Below, in pieces: positions 20,976 through 30,637 of a stretch of DNA of 61,923 nt. The stretch is from a virus. Lineage: Duplodnaviria; Caudoviricetes. The position numbers were made by a program, and so were the translations under genes. Each line of letters starts with the position of its first letter. Position 1 is the first letter of the stretch. The stretch lies in IMG/VR virus record IMGVR_UViG_3300048591_001211, positions 1 to 61,923 of that record. One strand, written 5' to 3'. The notes beneath the pieces were generated by a model. That model worked only from the letters and a program-made list of their open reading frames with translations. It did no database searches and had not been told where the DNA came from.

Positions 20976-22318
20976 GCGGCAAACTCCACGTCAGCCACGT
21001 CCGAATCTCGAACATCCTCGGTATCGAGGAGCTCGAGTTTGCTCCTGGCGGGTTCACCGAGATCGTCGGCGCCAACGGGTCCGGCAAGACGAGCACGATC
21101 GAGGCCATTCGCTCAGCACTGCGCGGAGGGCATGACGCCACGCTGCTGCGAAAGGGTTCCGAAAAGGGCGAGATCGTTCTCGTTCTCGACGACGGATCGC
21201 AGATCACCAAGACCGTCACTCAGGACGCGACGAAGGTCAAGGTGCTCCGTGACGAGCGGCTGCTCTCGCGGACGGCGGAGGCGATCAAGGCCCTGCACGA
21301 CGTTCTCAGCGTCAACCCGGTCGAGTTCCTGCGGTCTCCGGAGAAGGCCCGCGTCGATGCCCTTCTCCAAGTCATGCCGATCGCCGTCGACGAGGAGCGT
21401 CTCTCGCGGATCGCCGGCGAGCTCGTGCAGCCGGGCGTCGGTCTCGACCAGATCGAGGCGACGAAAAAAGCCGTGTTCGACGAGCGGACCGGCTTGAGCC
21501 GGACGGCCCGCGATAAGGACGGGGCGATCAAGCAACTCCGGGCGACGCTGCCAGCGAACGTCCCGGACGCACCGGACACCGACGCGTCGCTCCTGGAGCA
21601 GATCAACGCTATCGACGCCGATCGGGACGCGAAGGTGGAGTCGATCGTTCAGGAGTCGTCGGCTTATCTCAAGGTCGTCGACGACACGATCACCGGGCTT
21701 CACGAGCGAATCCGTGAGATCGAGGAGGAGGCCCGGCGGAAGGTCTCGGAGGTCAACGAAGAGGTTGTCGATGCCAAGCGGCGGAAGGCGGAAGCCGTCT
21801 CGCGGTGTGATGCCGCGAAGGCCGAAGTGAGGGCCAAGCATTCCGAGGCCCGGGCCGTCATTCAAACGAAGCTCGACGGGATCAAGGCGGCCCACGAACA
21901 GCAGGCCAGGTACAAGCTGACCACCGAGAACATCAACCGGATGGCGGCCGAGCTTGAATCGATCAAGGACGATACCGAGAAGCTCACGGAGTCGCTCGAC
22001 GCGCTCGACGCCTACAAGGCCGAGCTACTGGCGAGCCTCCCGATACCTGGCCTGGAGGTCGTCGAAGGCCGGCTCCAGCGGTACGGCATCCCGTTCGACC
22101 GGCTGAACACGGCCCAACAGGTTGAGATCGCCGTGGAGATCGCGAAGCTCCGGGCCGGCGAGCTCGGGCTTATCTGCGTCGACGGGCTCGAGCTCCTCGA
22201 CCAGGAGCACTACGAGGCATTCCGCGAGCACGCGGCGGCATCGGGCCTGCAGCTGATCGTGTCGCGGGTCGGGGCCGGCGGGCTTGAGGTGAAGACCGAG
22301 GAGGCCGCCTATGCCTGA
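20972..22318 (+). CDS. SMC/Rad50-like coiled-coil ATPase
   Basis: N-terminal Walker A GANGSGKT, long coiled coil, degenerate signature LNTAQQ and Walker B ICVDG. Confidence 0.8.
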   Translation: MSGKLHVSHVRISNILGIEELEFAPGGFTEIVGANGSGKTSTIEAIRSALRGGHDATLLRKGSEKGEIVLVLDDGSQITKTVTQDATKVKVLRDERLLSRTAEAIKALHDVLSVNPVEFLRSPEKARVDALLQVMPIAVDEERLSRIAGELVQPGVGLDQIEATKKAVFDERTGLSRTARDKDGAIKQLRATLPANVPDAPDTDASLLEQINAIDADRDAKVESIVQESSAYLKVVDDTITGLHERIREIEEEARRKVSEVNEEVVDAKRRKAEAVSRCDAAKAEVRAKHSEARAVIQTKLDGIKAAHEQQARYKLTTENINRMAAELESIKDDTEKLTESLDALDAYKAELLASLPIPGLEVVEGRLQRYGIPFDRLNTAQQVEIAVEIAKLRAGELGLICVDGLELLDQEHYEAFREHAAASGLQLIVSRVGAGGLEVKTEEAAYA

Positions 22319-22499
22319 CATCGATCGCATCGTCGCGCGGGACAGACGCATAGCGGAACTGGCGAGGCAGTGGGAGGAAGGCGAGATCGACTCCGCGACG
22401 TTCGCGGTGCTCGCCTCGGGTGAACACGAAAACCGGATCGTTCGGATTCCGGGACGGGCAGAGGGACAGGGCAACACCATCACAGGAGTAGGGGCATGA
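22311..22499 (+). CDS. Hypothetical protein
   Basis: Overlap-coupled ORF with a GGAGG RBS. Confidence 0.5.
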   Translation: MPDIDRIVARDRRIAELARQWEEGEIDSATFAVLASGEHENRIVRIPGRAEGQGNTITGVGA

Positions 22500-23008
22500 C
22501 TACCGAGACGTTGGATCAGATCGAGAAGGCGGCATTGTCGGAGCGCGAGCACGACCACTACGAGGAAATCAAACGCCTCGAACGGGATTGCGATCGCCTT
22601 GAGGGTGTCTACGAAACGGCCAAGGCCGAGGCCGGGGCCGCGAAGAAGGAATGGGAGGGGGCCGTCGCTTCGCTGCGAGCGACCATCCGCCGCGGGCCTG
22701 ACGCCCAAGCGAAGCTCCCGTTCCGCGAGGACTGGCGAGACGTACCGATCGGAGATGCCATCACGCTCACCGAGAAGCAGGCCGAGAAGCTCGAGGAGTT
22801 CGGCATCCGCACGGTCGGCGACTTCGAGAAGCAGCGAGGCGGCGAAGGCCTGACCGCGATCCCGGGCGTCGGCGAGGCCACGGCCGAGAAGTGGGCCGAC
22901 CAGGTCATGGACTTCGTCGCCCAGGCCGCGAGGGACGCTGAGGCCGAAGAGCCCGATGACCAGGAAGACGAGGACTTCGACGACGAAGACGAAGAGGGCG
23001 ACGAATGA
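22496..23008 (+). CDS. Coiled-coil + helix-hairpin-helix protein with acidic tail
   Basis: IPGVGEATAEK HhH motif and a D/E-rich C-terminus. Confidence 0.6.
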   Translation: MTTETLDQIEKAALSEREHDHYEEIKRLERDCDRLEGVYETAKAEAGAAKKEWEGAVASLRATIRRGPDAQAKLPFREDWRDVPIGDAITLTEKQAEKLEEFGIRTVGDFEKQRGGEGLTAIPGVGEATAEKWADQVMDFVAQAARDAEAEEPDDQEDEDFDDEDEEGDE

Positions 23009-23211
23009 CCATCGCCCTCAAGGCTGATACGTCCTCGCTCACCGAAGGAATCGAGAAGGCGAACGACGCGATCCGAAAGATGGTCCCTCGCAATCGCAGG
23101 CCTTCTGGCGCTCCGTTTGTGAAGCCGCTCAGCCGGGCCAAGCGAAATGGTCTGTGTCCGTGCGGCAGCGGCCGGAAGTTCAAGCGATGCCACGGAGGGC
23201 CGAAGCAATGA
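23005..23211 (+). CDS. SEC-C metal-binding motif protein
   Basis: RNGLCPCGSGRKFKRCHG. Confidence 0.75.
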   Translation: MTIALKADTSSLTEGIEKANDAIRKMVPRNRRPSGAPFVKPLSRAKRNGLCPCGSGRKFKRCHGGPKQ

Positions 23212-23417
23212 TCCGACGACTACTCGCCCGATGGCGACAACGTCGTGAGTCGGCAGCCATCGCGGTCGCGCTCCAGGCGGAGAACGACGAGCTGCGTGCC
23301 GAGAACAAGCGGCTCACGGACGCGTTGCAAGCGATCGCATCCGCAGCCGTGCGGATCGCCCACGGTGAGCGAGTGTTTCTCGATACGTGGGCGGGCTACA
23401 CGAGGAAGACGCCATGA
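23208..23417 (+). CDS. Hypothetical coiled-coil protein
   Basis: ATGA-coupled ORF. Confidence 0.5.
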   Translation: MIRRLLARWRQRRESAAIAVALQAENDELRAENKRLTDALQAIASAAVRIAHGERVFLDTWAGYTRKTP

Positions 23418-24025
23418 GCACAGCGACCGCCACCCGCGAGCGTCCAATCCTGTTCTCCGGGCCGATGGTCCGAGCGATCCTCGCCGGCCGGAAGACGCAG
23501 ACGCGGCGGATCGTGAGGCCGCGGCAGGTGCATGAAGGTATCAACATCTATTACGTGCCCAAGACGTGCCCGTATGGACGTGCGGGAGACCTTCTGTGGG
23601 TTCGTGAAACGTGGGCTCCGGTATCCACGTTCGATCCTTCTCCCGAGACGGGTGCTCTCTATCGAGCCGACCCGATGTATGACGGGATAGATCAATTCGA
23701 TTGGCCGTGGAAGCCATCGATCCACATGCCGCGCTGGGCTTCGCGCATCACGCTCGAAGTCACCGGCGTGCGAGTCGAGCGGCTGAACGACATCAGCGAG
23801 GAGGACGCGATCGCTGAGGGGTGCCAGGAGACGTACTGCTCTCCAGAGCTGACGGCTGAGTGCGAGCCAGGGACTCCGCAGAGGGAGTTGGCCGAGCTGC
23901 TTGAGGGCGGCTGGATCACTGCGAAAGGCAACTTCTCGTTCCTGTGGAATGAGATCAACGGCCCCGGCTCGTGGGCGGCGAACCCTTGGGTGTGGGTGGT
24001 CGAGTTCAGGAGGGTCAAGCAATGA
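23414..24025 (+). CDS. Conserved phage protein, ASCH/PUA-like
   Basis: ERPILFSGPMVRAILAGRKTQTRR, GD.LWVRETW, PSIHMPRWASRI and NPWVWVVEF motifs. Confidence 0.75.
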   Translation: MSTATATRERPILFSGPMVRAILAGRKTQTRRIVRPRQVHEGINIYYVPKTCPYGRAGDLLWVRETWAPVSTFDPSPETGALYRADPMYDGIDQFDWPWKPSIHMPRWASRITLEVTGVRVERLNDISEEDAIAEGCQETYCSPELTAECEPGTPQRELAELLEGGWITAKGNFSFLWNEINGPGSWAANPWVWVVEFRRVKQ

Positions 24026-24819
24026 GCTACACCCTCTGCCAAGGCGACTGCCTGACGTGGCTCCGGTCGATGGACACGTACAGCGTGGACCTGATTCTCG
24101 GATCGCCTCCCTACGAAGCGGCACGCACGTACGGGATCGGATTCGATCTCAAGGGGCAAGCGTGGGTCGATTGGATGGTGGAGCGGTGGGAGGAGTTTCA
24201 GCGTGTTTCGCGCGGGCTCGTCGTGATGGTCGTCGCGGGCCAAACACGGAAGTTCGAGTGGTCGGCAACGCCCGCGTTGCTCATGGCCGACCTTCACCGC
24301 GCGGGCTTCCCTCTGAGGACGCCGCCGATCTTCCGTCGCGTCGGCATACCGGGCAGCGGCGGGCCTGAATGGCTCAGAAACGATTACGAATTCTGCGTCG
24401 TCACCGGGAAGGCCGGCCGACTCGAATGGAGCGACAACACCGCGATGGGTGGCGAATGGAAGTATCCGTCGGGCGGCGGTTACTCGCACCGCAAGGCGGA
24501 CGGCACTCGTGTCAAGCGTGAGCGGAAGCCAGGGAGAGCGAACCCAGGCAACGTGATCGATTGCGGCGCTGCTGGCGGTGGCAACATCGGAAGCAAGCTC
24601 GCCCACGAAAACGAAGCCCCTTACCCCGAGCGACTGGCGGAGTTCTTCATCCGCTCGTTTTGTAAGCCAGGGGGCACGGTGCTCGACCCATTCTGCGGCA
24701 GCGGCACCACTCTCGCGGTCGCCCAAAGGCTCGGCCGCAACCCCATCGGGATCGACGTTCGCGAGTCGCAAATCGAGTTGACGCGACGCCGCATGGACGA
24801 AGTCGAGGCGGCAGCATGA
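24022..24819 (+). CDS. Orphan DNA methyltransferase (beta class, N4-C/N6-A)
   Basis: Catalytic SPPY near the N-terminus and SAM-binding VLDPFCGSGTT near the C-terminus. Confidence 0.88.
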   Translation: MSYTLCQGDCLTWLRSMDTYSVDLILGSPPYEAARTYGIGFDLKGQAWVDWMVERWEEFQRVSRGLVVMVVAGQTRKFEWSATPALLMADLHRAGFPLRTPPIFRRVGIPGSGGPEWLRNDYEFCVVTGKAGRLEWSDNTAMGGEWKYPSGGGYSHRKADGTRVKRERKPGRANPGNVIDCGAAGGGNIGSKLAHENEAPYPERLAEFFIRSFCKPGGTVLDPFCGSGTTLAVAQRLGRNPIGIDVRESQIELTRRRMDEVEAAA

Positions 24820-25274
24820 GCCACACCTACCAGGACGCTCAGTGCGATCTCCCGCTTCTCGGAGTCATTCGGAATGAGCAGCGACGAAACAGCGAGCCCT
24901 CCGCCGGTGATGGAGCGCAACAGGTGCAACGCGTTGAAGCCGGACACGCATCCTTGCGGCCGATGCGGATGCCCGGAGTTCCGCATTTTGCAGACGGCGG
25001 GCGGTCACGAGCTCGAGACCCGGGCACGTCTAAGTCCGCCGGCCGCACCGCAAAACTCGGCGGGCAGAAGCTCTCGGTCTGGCAGGCCCTCGGGCAAGGA
25101 CCAGCGGGGCAGACGGAGCTCGGGCGACGAACCGGTCTCCTGCCCCACCAGGTGAACAAGCGGCTTTCGGACCTCGAGCACGAGGGATGGGCCGCGCCTA
25201 CGGGGCGCGAGGTGCTCAACGAAGGCGGCCACATGGAACGTGAGTGGAGAAGGATCGAGGTGACGGATGGCTAG
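24816..25274 (+). CDS. Winged-HTH protein
   Basis: ARDPGTS..A and ELGRRTGL....VNKRLSDLE..G motifs. Confidence 0.55.
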   Translation: MSHTYQDAQCDLPLLGVIRNEQRRNSEPSAGDGAQQVQRVEAGHASLRPMRMPGVPHFADGGRSRARDPGTSKSAGRTAKLGGQKLSVWQALGQGPAGQTELGRRTGLLPHQVNKRLSDLEHEGWAAPTGREVLNEGGHMEREWRRIEVTDG

Positions 25275-26091
25275 GCGGAAAGACTCGATGCACATTCTCC
25301 CGCTCTTCTGCGATGACCTCATCGCGTCGACCGTGGACATGAGCGCTGCTTGCTTCGGGGCGTACATGCGGCTCCTGTGCTTCGCGTGGACGCGTGGCGG
25401 CCTGCCCGATAACGAGGCCGCATGCGCTCGGATCGCCGGTGGGATGAAGACGGAAGACTGGCGGCAGATCCGGGCGAGGCTCACCGTGCTCGAAGACGGT
25501 CGGCTGAGCCACGATCGCCTTGAGCGTGAGCGGGCAGCGGTTGCCGCACATTCTGCGAAGAAATCGGAGGCCGGGAAGAAAGGCAATGCGACCCGGTGGG
25601 GATCGCAAGAGCCATCGCAAACGGATCGCACAGCGATCGCAGAGCGATCGCAAACGGTATCGCAAGTCGATCCCAAAACGATCGCCCCATTCCCATTCCC
25701 TTTCCCAGAAGAAGAAAAACACTCCGCGCGCGCCTCGGCACCGCCGCCGAAAGCCTCGGAACCGGAGGACGAATTCCGCCGGCCGGGGTGGGTGCACGAC
25801 GAATGGGCGGCGATCGTTCCGGTCTGGAACGCGATCGAGCGGGCGGTCCCGTGGACCCACCTGAACCCGCCAAACGATTTCGCGGAGTTGGCGGCGTCCC
25901 CGGGCCGGATGGCCGACGTTCGCAAGGGGCTCGAGCTGCTGCCCGGGTGCGTCCGGTTTACGGAACCGGTGCCCTGGACCCAGTTCGTCCGCGAGCTCGA
26001 TCGGATCATCGCCCTGGAGTTCAGGACACCGCCGCGTGGCGATTCGGTCAGGGGGGCGCGGAAGCAACCAGTCGGAGGGAACATGCGATGA
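25267..26091 (+). CDS. Replication initiator-like protein (YdaU/DUF1376 family)
   Basis: PLFCDD...T..MS...GAYMRLL...W..GGLP and AGKKG...RW motifs; contains phased DNA repeats. Confidence 0.75.
   Translation: MARRKDSMHILPLFCDDLIASTVDMSAACFGAYMRLLCFAWTRGGLPDNEAACARIAGGMKTEDWRQIRARLTVLEDGRLSHDRLERERAAVAAHSAKKSEAGKKGNATRWGSQEPSQTDRTAIAERSQTVSQVDPKTIAPFPFPFPEEEKHSARASAPPPKASEPEDEFRRPGWVHDEWAAIVPVWNAIERAVPWTHLNPPNDFAELAASPGRMADVRKGLELLPGCVRFTEPVPWTQFVRELDRIIALEFRTPPRGDSVRGARKQPVGGNMR
25602..25686 (+). repeat. Eight phased ATCGCA-like repeats (putative iterons / phage origin)
   Basis: ATCGCA at 25602, 25614, 25625, 25636, 25647 and 25659, with variants at 25670 and 25681; spacing 11-12 bp. Confidence 0.7.
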
Positions 26092-26678
26092 GCAGGACGT
26101 GGCAAGAAAACTCGGCGACGATCAACGGGCTCTGGCCGCAATGCCAGTGGACTGACGCGGAGATCGAGCTCTGGCGATCGGACCTTTCGGGTCTCGACCA
26201 GGACTTGCTCTTCGACGCCCTTCGGAATGTGAAGCGGTCGCGCGACTCGCTCTACCCGCAACTGCCGTGGGTGCTCGCCGCCTACCGCGAGTTGGACGCG
26301 GCCCGAAAGGCGATTGCGAAGCGGTCGAAGCTCGAGCCGGTCGAGAAGGTGAAGCTCGACATCGACGATCGGGAAGATGCCAAGCTGGCGAGCGAGTTCA
26401 CCTTCGCGATCGAACACGCGGAGCCGTGCGAGTTCGAGAACCTCAGGCACATGATCCTGGACAAGCTGCCGCGGTTGAAGTCTGTGACCGCGTTCCGGTT
26501 GATCCAGTACGCCCGCCGTCGGTTGCTGGGGCAGGAGCCTCGAGCCGGACGCGTTGACTCGGCCGGGTCTGTGACGCCACTCCTGGGCGGTGGTGCGAGT
26601 CCGGTCGAAAAACAGGCGGCCATGGAATCCATGCGCCAGCACGCGGCGTCGAGACGGGGAACGGAGGCCGCGGCATGA
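26088..26678 (+). CDS. Hypothetical protein (helicase-loader position)
   Basis: Coupled directly after the initiator; function is inferred from position only. Confidence 0.5.
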   Translation: MSRTWQENSATINGLWPQCQWTDAEIELWRSDLSGLDQDLLFDALRNVKRSRDSLYPQLPWVLAAYRELDAARKAIAKRSKLEPVEKVKLDIDDREDAKLASEFTFAIEHAEPCEFENLRHMILDKLPRLKSVTAFRLIQYARRRLLGQEPRAGRVDSAGSVTPLLGGGASPVEKQAAMESMRQHAASRRGTEAAA

Positions 26679-26965
26679 ACCAACCATCCTGCGAGACGTG
26701 CCTCTGGTACGCGCGATCGAAGCTCGGCAATTCGTGCCGTAGGCACCCTCCGGTGGTGGCGATCGGTGACAACCCGCGATGGCCGGAGGTGTTCGATGGC
26801 GAGGTGTGCGGAGAGTGGCGCGACAAGGACACGCACGAGACTTTCGACACGCTCCAGCCTTTGCAGCTCATCGCGGCCTTGAAGCATCGTGTGGCGGACT
26901 TGGAAAGCGGGTCTCGGCAACGCGCGCTTGTCGATCCGTTGGCTCAGTTTGGAAAGGGGACATGA
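26675..26965 (+). CDS. Small Cys-motif phage protein
   Basis: CETC...CRRHPP...WP.V.....CGEW. Confidence 0.6.
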   Translation: MNQPSCETCLWYARSKLGNSCRRHPPVVAIGDNPRWPEVFDGEVCGEWRDKDTHETFDTLQPLQLIAALKHRVADLESGSRQRALVDPLAQFGKGT

Positions 26966-27789
26966 TGGCTGTGGTACCTACATACGGTCGAGAGTCGAAG
27001 GCGTTCCTGGAAGCACTCGGTGTAACCGGGAAGCTGCGGACCCTCGACCTGCGGCTTCGCGTTGGCGAGTTCGTGACCATTCACACCACTCAGTTTGCGG
27101 ACGGAGATTCGCTCGATCGCGCGGCAAGGCTCATCGAGGAGCGTGAGTACCAGCTCTTCCGGTGGGTGCCGATCGAGCAGGAACTGCCACCGGTTGGTGC
27201 GGACGTCTGGTTTGTTGCTCAAGGGAGTCTGTACCGAGGGCGACGACTCGAATGCGAAGGCGTTTCAAAGTTCCAACCTTGGGGCTTCTTCATTTCTCCT
27301 GTAGAAGCGACGCACTGGGCGTACCCGCCAGCGGCCCCAAAGCCGGTCGAGCGTGCGACGAAGAAAGGTCACGAGGTTTCCCCGTGCCAGCCGCTGCCCG
27401 GTTTCATGCGGAAGGGCGTCGATGAAGTCACTCGCAAGATGGTGAGGGAGATCATCGACAATGCACGCCAGGATTTTTCCGTCGACTCCGCGGCATTCAA
27501 GGAACGCGACGCCGCGCCGGCGGCGAAAGCGGAGCCCGGGCAAGTGTTCACGGACGAGTTCCTCGACGCGTGCGAACACGAGTTGTGCTGGTCGTACGAA
27601 GAGAAGTGGGGCCGATGGGTTGCAAATAGCAAAACCGGATCGGCGTTTGTGGTCTCACTGATTGACGGCGTTTACAAGGCCGGCCGCGTTCGCGACGACG
27701 ATTGGTTCGAAGAATGCGTATCGCTCCAGGACGCGAAGGCCAGGTGCTGGGAAGTGGAACACGGCGAACGGAAATGGGGTGACGCGTGA
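26962..27789 (+). CDS. Hypothetical protein with a DUF551-like segment
   Basis: WVPIEQELP...ATHWAYPP pattern. Confidence 0.5.
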   Translation: MMAVVPTYGRESKAFLEALGVTGKLRTLDLRLRVGEFVTIHTTQFADGDSLDRAARLIEEREYQLFRWVPIEQELPPVGADVWFVAQGSLYRGRRLECEGVSKFQPWGFFISPVEATHWAYPPAAPKPVERATKKGHEVSPCQPLPGFMRKGVDEVTRKMVREIIDNARQDFSVDSAAFKERDAAPAAKAEPGQVFTDEFLDACEHELCWSYEEKWGRWVANSKTGSAFVVSLIDGVYKAGRVRDDDWFEECVSLQDAKARCWEVEHGERKWGDA

Positions 27790-28223
27790 TGCTCACGTTC
27801 TTTGTTCCGGGCAAGCCGATCCCGCAGCCGCGGCCAAAAGTCACAATCAAAGGTGGATTCGGGTGCGCCTATGTTGAGCGGAAGCACCCAATCCATGCCT
27901 ACAGGCGACGCGTTGCCGACGCTGCAAAGGCCGCTGGGCTACGGCCCGACGTCACGCCGCTCGAGGTACGCATCATCATCATGTTCGTGCGTCCAAAGTC
28001 GCACCTAGGCGCGCGGGGACAGGTGCGCAAGGGAAAGCCGGTCGTGCCTCCGGACGACGTTGACAACTTCGCGAAGGCGATCCTCGACGCGATGCAGAAG
28101 GACGAACACGACAACCCGATCATGGGGAACGACAGCCGCGTTGCGGCCCTTCGGATTCGCAAGCGGTATAGCGACCGGGCCGGGACGATCATCGAGGTTT
28201 CCGAGATGAAAGAGGTGGCGTGA
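27786..28223 (+). CDS. rusA: RusA-family Holliday junction resolvase
   Basis: PG.PIPQPRP, PDDVDNFAKAILDAM and NDSRV motifs. Confidence 0.85.
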   Translation: MMLTFFVPGKPIPQPRPKVTIKGGFGCAYVERKHPIHAYRRRVADAAKAAGLRPDVTPLEVRIIIMFVRPKSHLGARGQVRKGKPVVPPDDVDNFAKAILDAMQKDEHDNPIMGNDSRVAALRIRKRYSDRAGTIIEVSEMKEVA

Positions 28224-28399
28224 TGTGGTCCGCCGTGTGGATAGCGTTGCTGCTCTTTGTGTTCTGGTGGGCGGGCGCGATCGTCGGCTACTGGGCTGGC
28301 GTGCGGCGAACGTGGCAGGAGGTAAATCGCATCTGCGCCGAGAGCGGGTACGCGGCGGTGGTACGCAAGGTGGACGCGAGGAAGGGAGCCGGCTCATGA
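28223..28399 (+). CDS. Small membrane protein (58 aa)
   Basis: Hand-translated MWSAVWIALLLFVFWWAGAIVGYWAG...; TGATG and ATGA coupling on both sides. Confidence 0.55.
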   Translation: MWSAVWIALLLFVFWWAGAIVGYWAGVRRTWQEVNRICAESGYAAVVRKVDARKGAGS

Positions 28400-28674
28400 A
28401 CCGTCGCGAGGTGCTCGCAAAGGCAAGCGGCGTACTTGCGTCGTGTGGCGTGACGGGGAGTGTGTCGATCGCGGAGGAAGAGCCGGCGCCGCTCCTCGCG
28501 GTGATCCGCACCGACAAGTTCCTTGACGGATGGCAACAAGAGGCGATTCATCACGGCTGGAACCGCCTGCGAGAAATGCAGCCGGGATTGCCGCCAGCCG
28601 TGCTGCTACCGCCCGGCCACGACTTGTCGTTCGTGCGCATCGACCCAGCAACCGGGAAGGTGATCGAGCAATGA
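28396..28674 (+). CDS. Hypothetical protein
   Basis: ATGA-coupled; begins MNRREVLAKA. Confidence 0.5.
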   Translation: MNRREVLAKASGVLASCGVTGSVSIAEEEPAPLLAVIRTDKFLDGWQQEAIHHGWNRLREMQPGLPPAVLLPPGHDLSFVRIDPATGKVIEQ

Positions 28675-29009
28675 GCAAGTTCGACAAGCTCGCGATGGCA
28701 CTGGCCCGCGCGGCCGGCGACCAAAAGCTGGCCGACCTGCGTGAGCGGAGCACGGGCAATGTGGCACTGCCGCTGGTCACCCTCCTGCACCTGGTCCAGT
28801 TCGCGAGGATCGGAATCCTCCACGCATCGGAAAAGGCGTGGCCCGAGACGAAGGCCCAGTGTCGCGCGGGCCGGCGGAAGCTGACACAAGAGCTGGCGGA
28901 CAGGCTTGGGAAGGAGCTCCCGGAGGTCATCCAGGCGGTCGCGACGTTCACAGCGAACCTGGCGGATGACGTCGACGACTTCCGGCAACGGATGAAGGGG
29001 GATCTATGA
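28671..29009 (+). CDS. Hypothetical protein
   Basis: ATGA-coupled ORF beginning MSKFDKLAM. Confidence 0.5.
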   Translation: MSKFDKLAMALARAAGDQKLADLRERSTGNVALPLVTLLHLVQFARIGILHASEKAWPETKAQCRAGRRKLTQELADRLGKELPEVIQAVATFTANLADDVDDFRQRMKGDL

Positions 29010-29246
29010 GCGATCCGGCCGCCGTCACCGCTTGGCTTTCGCCAGAGCAGGAGGAACAGCTGAGGCGAGCGTGGGAGCGAATCCACGTTGGGCCTGCTCC
29101 GGAAGGACGAATAGAAATCCTCCCTCCGTTCTCCATCACAAGACTCTCAGAAGTGAGTGACGTTTCACCGCATTTCTCCGGCAGGGACGCCGACTTGGGG
29201 AGCGATCCCCGGCGGCAACGTCCATCGACTGCGGCATCACCGGAGG

Positions 29247-29588
29247 ATGCGAGTGCGACGGATCACCATCTCGATCGAGGAAGAGCGGCGGTTCATTGAG
29301 TTGTGGACTGGCGGGGTTGCCGTGATGGCAATCTGCGTCGAGTTAGGGCTGACGGAATGGGCCGCGCAGCAGATACGCAAGCGTCTCCGCCTCACGCCGC
29401 GGAAGCCGTCGGATCGCGCGGCCCAGGAACCGCTCGGACGTGATCCGACGCCGACCGAGATACGGGCCGCCACCCGCGCGCTTCGGGAAAGGCACCTTGC
29501 CAGACGGCGTGCCGAACAGGTTCAGAACTATCGGCGGGACGAGGAAGTTGGGGGCCGTCACTACCCCGATTCAGTGTTCGGCGAGTGA
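29247..29588 (+). CDS. GcrA-like HTH protein, candidate late-gene regulator
   Basis: EEERRFIELWTGG.....I..ELGLT..A......RL.L resembles the GcrA N-terminal HTH; it is the last early gene. Confidence 0.5.
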   Translation: MRVRRITISIEEERRFIELWTGGVAVMAICVELGLTEWAAQQIRKRLRLTPRKPSDRAAQEPLGRDPTPTEIRAATRALRERHLARRRAEQVQNYRRDEEVGGRHYPDSVFGE

Positions 29589-29618
29589 GCGACGGAGTGC
29601 TGGGCGCGTCGATAGGCT
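29586..29618 (+). promoter_or_regulatory. Putative phage late promoter, copy 1
   Basis: TGAGCGACGG-N17-TAGGCT. Confidence 0.65.
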
Positions 29619-29650
29619 CCGAAGAATGCCCGGCACGCGAGGGATTTCAC

Positions 29651-30049
29651 ATGAGCGACGTCTCCACAACCATCGTCACGATCCCCGAGGCCGGGTTTCT
29701 CACGCCGGGCGACATCTACGACAAGGGCTGGGCTTTCGTCCAGAACGCCAGGCAGGTGTCCGCTAAAGGTCTCACGTGGTCAGAGTTCGGTGAGCTTTCG
29801 TCCTCGCTGATGAAGCTTGCGACGAAGTTTCTTGACACCGTCGCTCGCATGGACGGCGCCGAGAAGAAGCGGGCCGTCCTCGAGCTCGTCGGCCGGCTCT
29901 TCGACACGATCGCCGACAAGTGCATCCCGCTCGTCGTCTACCCGTTCTGGCTGTTTGTCCGGCCGGCCGTGCGTGCGCTCGTGATCGCGTCGGCCGCGGG
30001 AACCATGGAGCAGATCCTCGAGCTCGTCAGAAAGGAGCCCGCCGCATGA
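29651..30049 (+). CDS. Putative holin-like membrane-associated protein
   Basis: GAEKK motif (as in LL-H-type holins) and a hydrophobic segment; first gene after the late promoter. Confidence 0.4.
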   Translation: MSDVSTTIVTIPEAGFLTPGDIYDKGWAFVQNARQVSAKGLTWSEFGELSSSLMKLATKFLDTVARMDGAEKKRAVLELVGRLFDTIADKCIPLVVYPFWLFVRPAVRALVIASAAGTMEQILELVRKEPAA

Positions 30050-30621
30050 TCCGCGTCTGCATCATCGCCCTGGTTGCCCTCTGCTGCATCGGCGCTGGCT
30101 ACGCCCAGCAGACCGAGCCGCGCGACCCGCGGCTGGCGATGGACCTTCCCAAGGACTTGCGGGCATGGTTCCGCAACCCGGACGGCTCGTGCGTTCAGTG
30201 CTCGATCGGCATGTGCGGCGTCGATCAGAACATCCCATCCGCGGCGACTCTCCTCTGGGATACCGAGTACGGACCCGCGGAGCGTGGTGGGTCGTGGCCT
30301 TCACGCGTCGCCGAGTACTCCCGCCGGCGAGGCATTCGCATCTACAACGTGACGGGCACGCCCACGTGGGACTGGATGAAGTGGTCCGCCGCCACCGGTC
30401 GGCCGTGTGCGATCGGTGCCGGGACCGCTCACTTCCAGACCCTTGCAGGATACGACCCGGCCGCCGGCCGCTGGTACGTCTGCAACAACAACTCGACCAG
30501 CCGCATCGACGAGTACGACGAAGCGGCATTTCGGCGGCTCCATCTCGCGAGCGGCCAGTGGTGCGTGATTCTCGACTACCCACCCCACCCCGAGCGGCCG
30601 TCGTATCGCCAGTGGTGGTAA
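30046..30621 (+). CDS. Secreted papain-fold (C39-like) cysteine peptidase
   Basis: Signal peptide; Cys (GSCVQC), His (AHFQTL.GYD) and Asn (VCNNN) in papain-fold order. Confidence 0.6.
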   Translation: MIRVCIIALVALCCIGAGYAQQTEPRDPRLAMDLPKDLRAWFRNPDGSCVQCSIGMCGVDQNIPSAATLLWDTEYGPAERGGSWPSRVAEYSRRRGIRIYNVTGTPTWDWMKWSAATGRPCAIGAGTAHFQTLAGYDPAAGRWYVCNNNSTSRIDEYDEAAFRRLHLASGQWCVILDYPPHPERPSYRQWW

Positions 30622-30637
30622 CTCAAGGAGTGCAACG

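Noticed and set aside
23005-23211. secA fragment
   Set aside because: Only the short SEC-C motif is present, and this motif occurs in many unrelated small proteins.
24022-24819. Complete restriction-modification system
   Set aside because: There is no adjacent endonuclease, and orphan methyltransferases are common in phage early regions.
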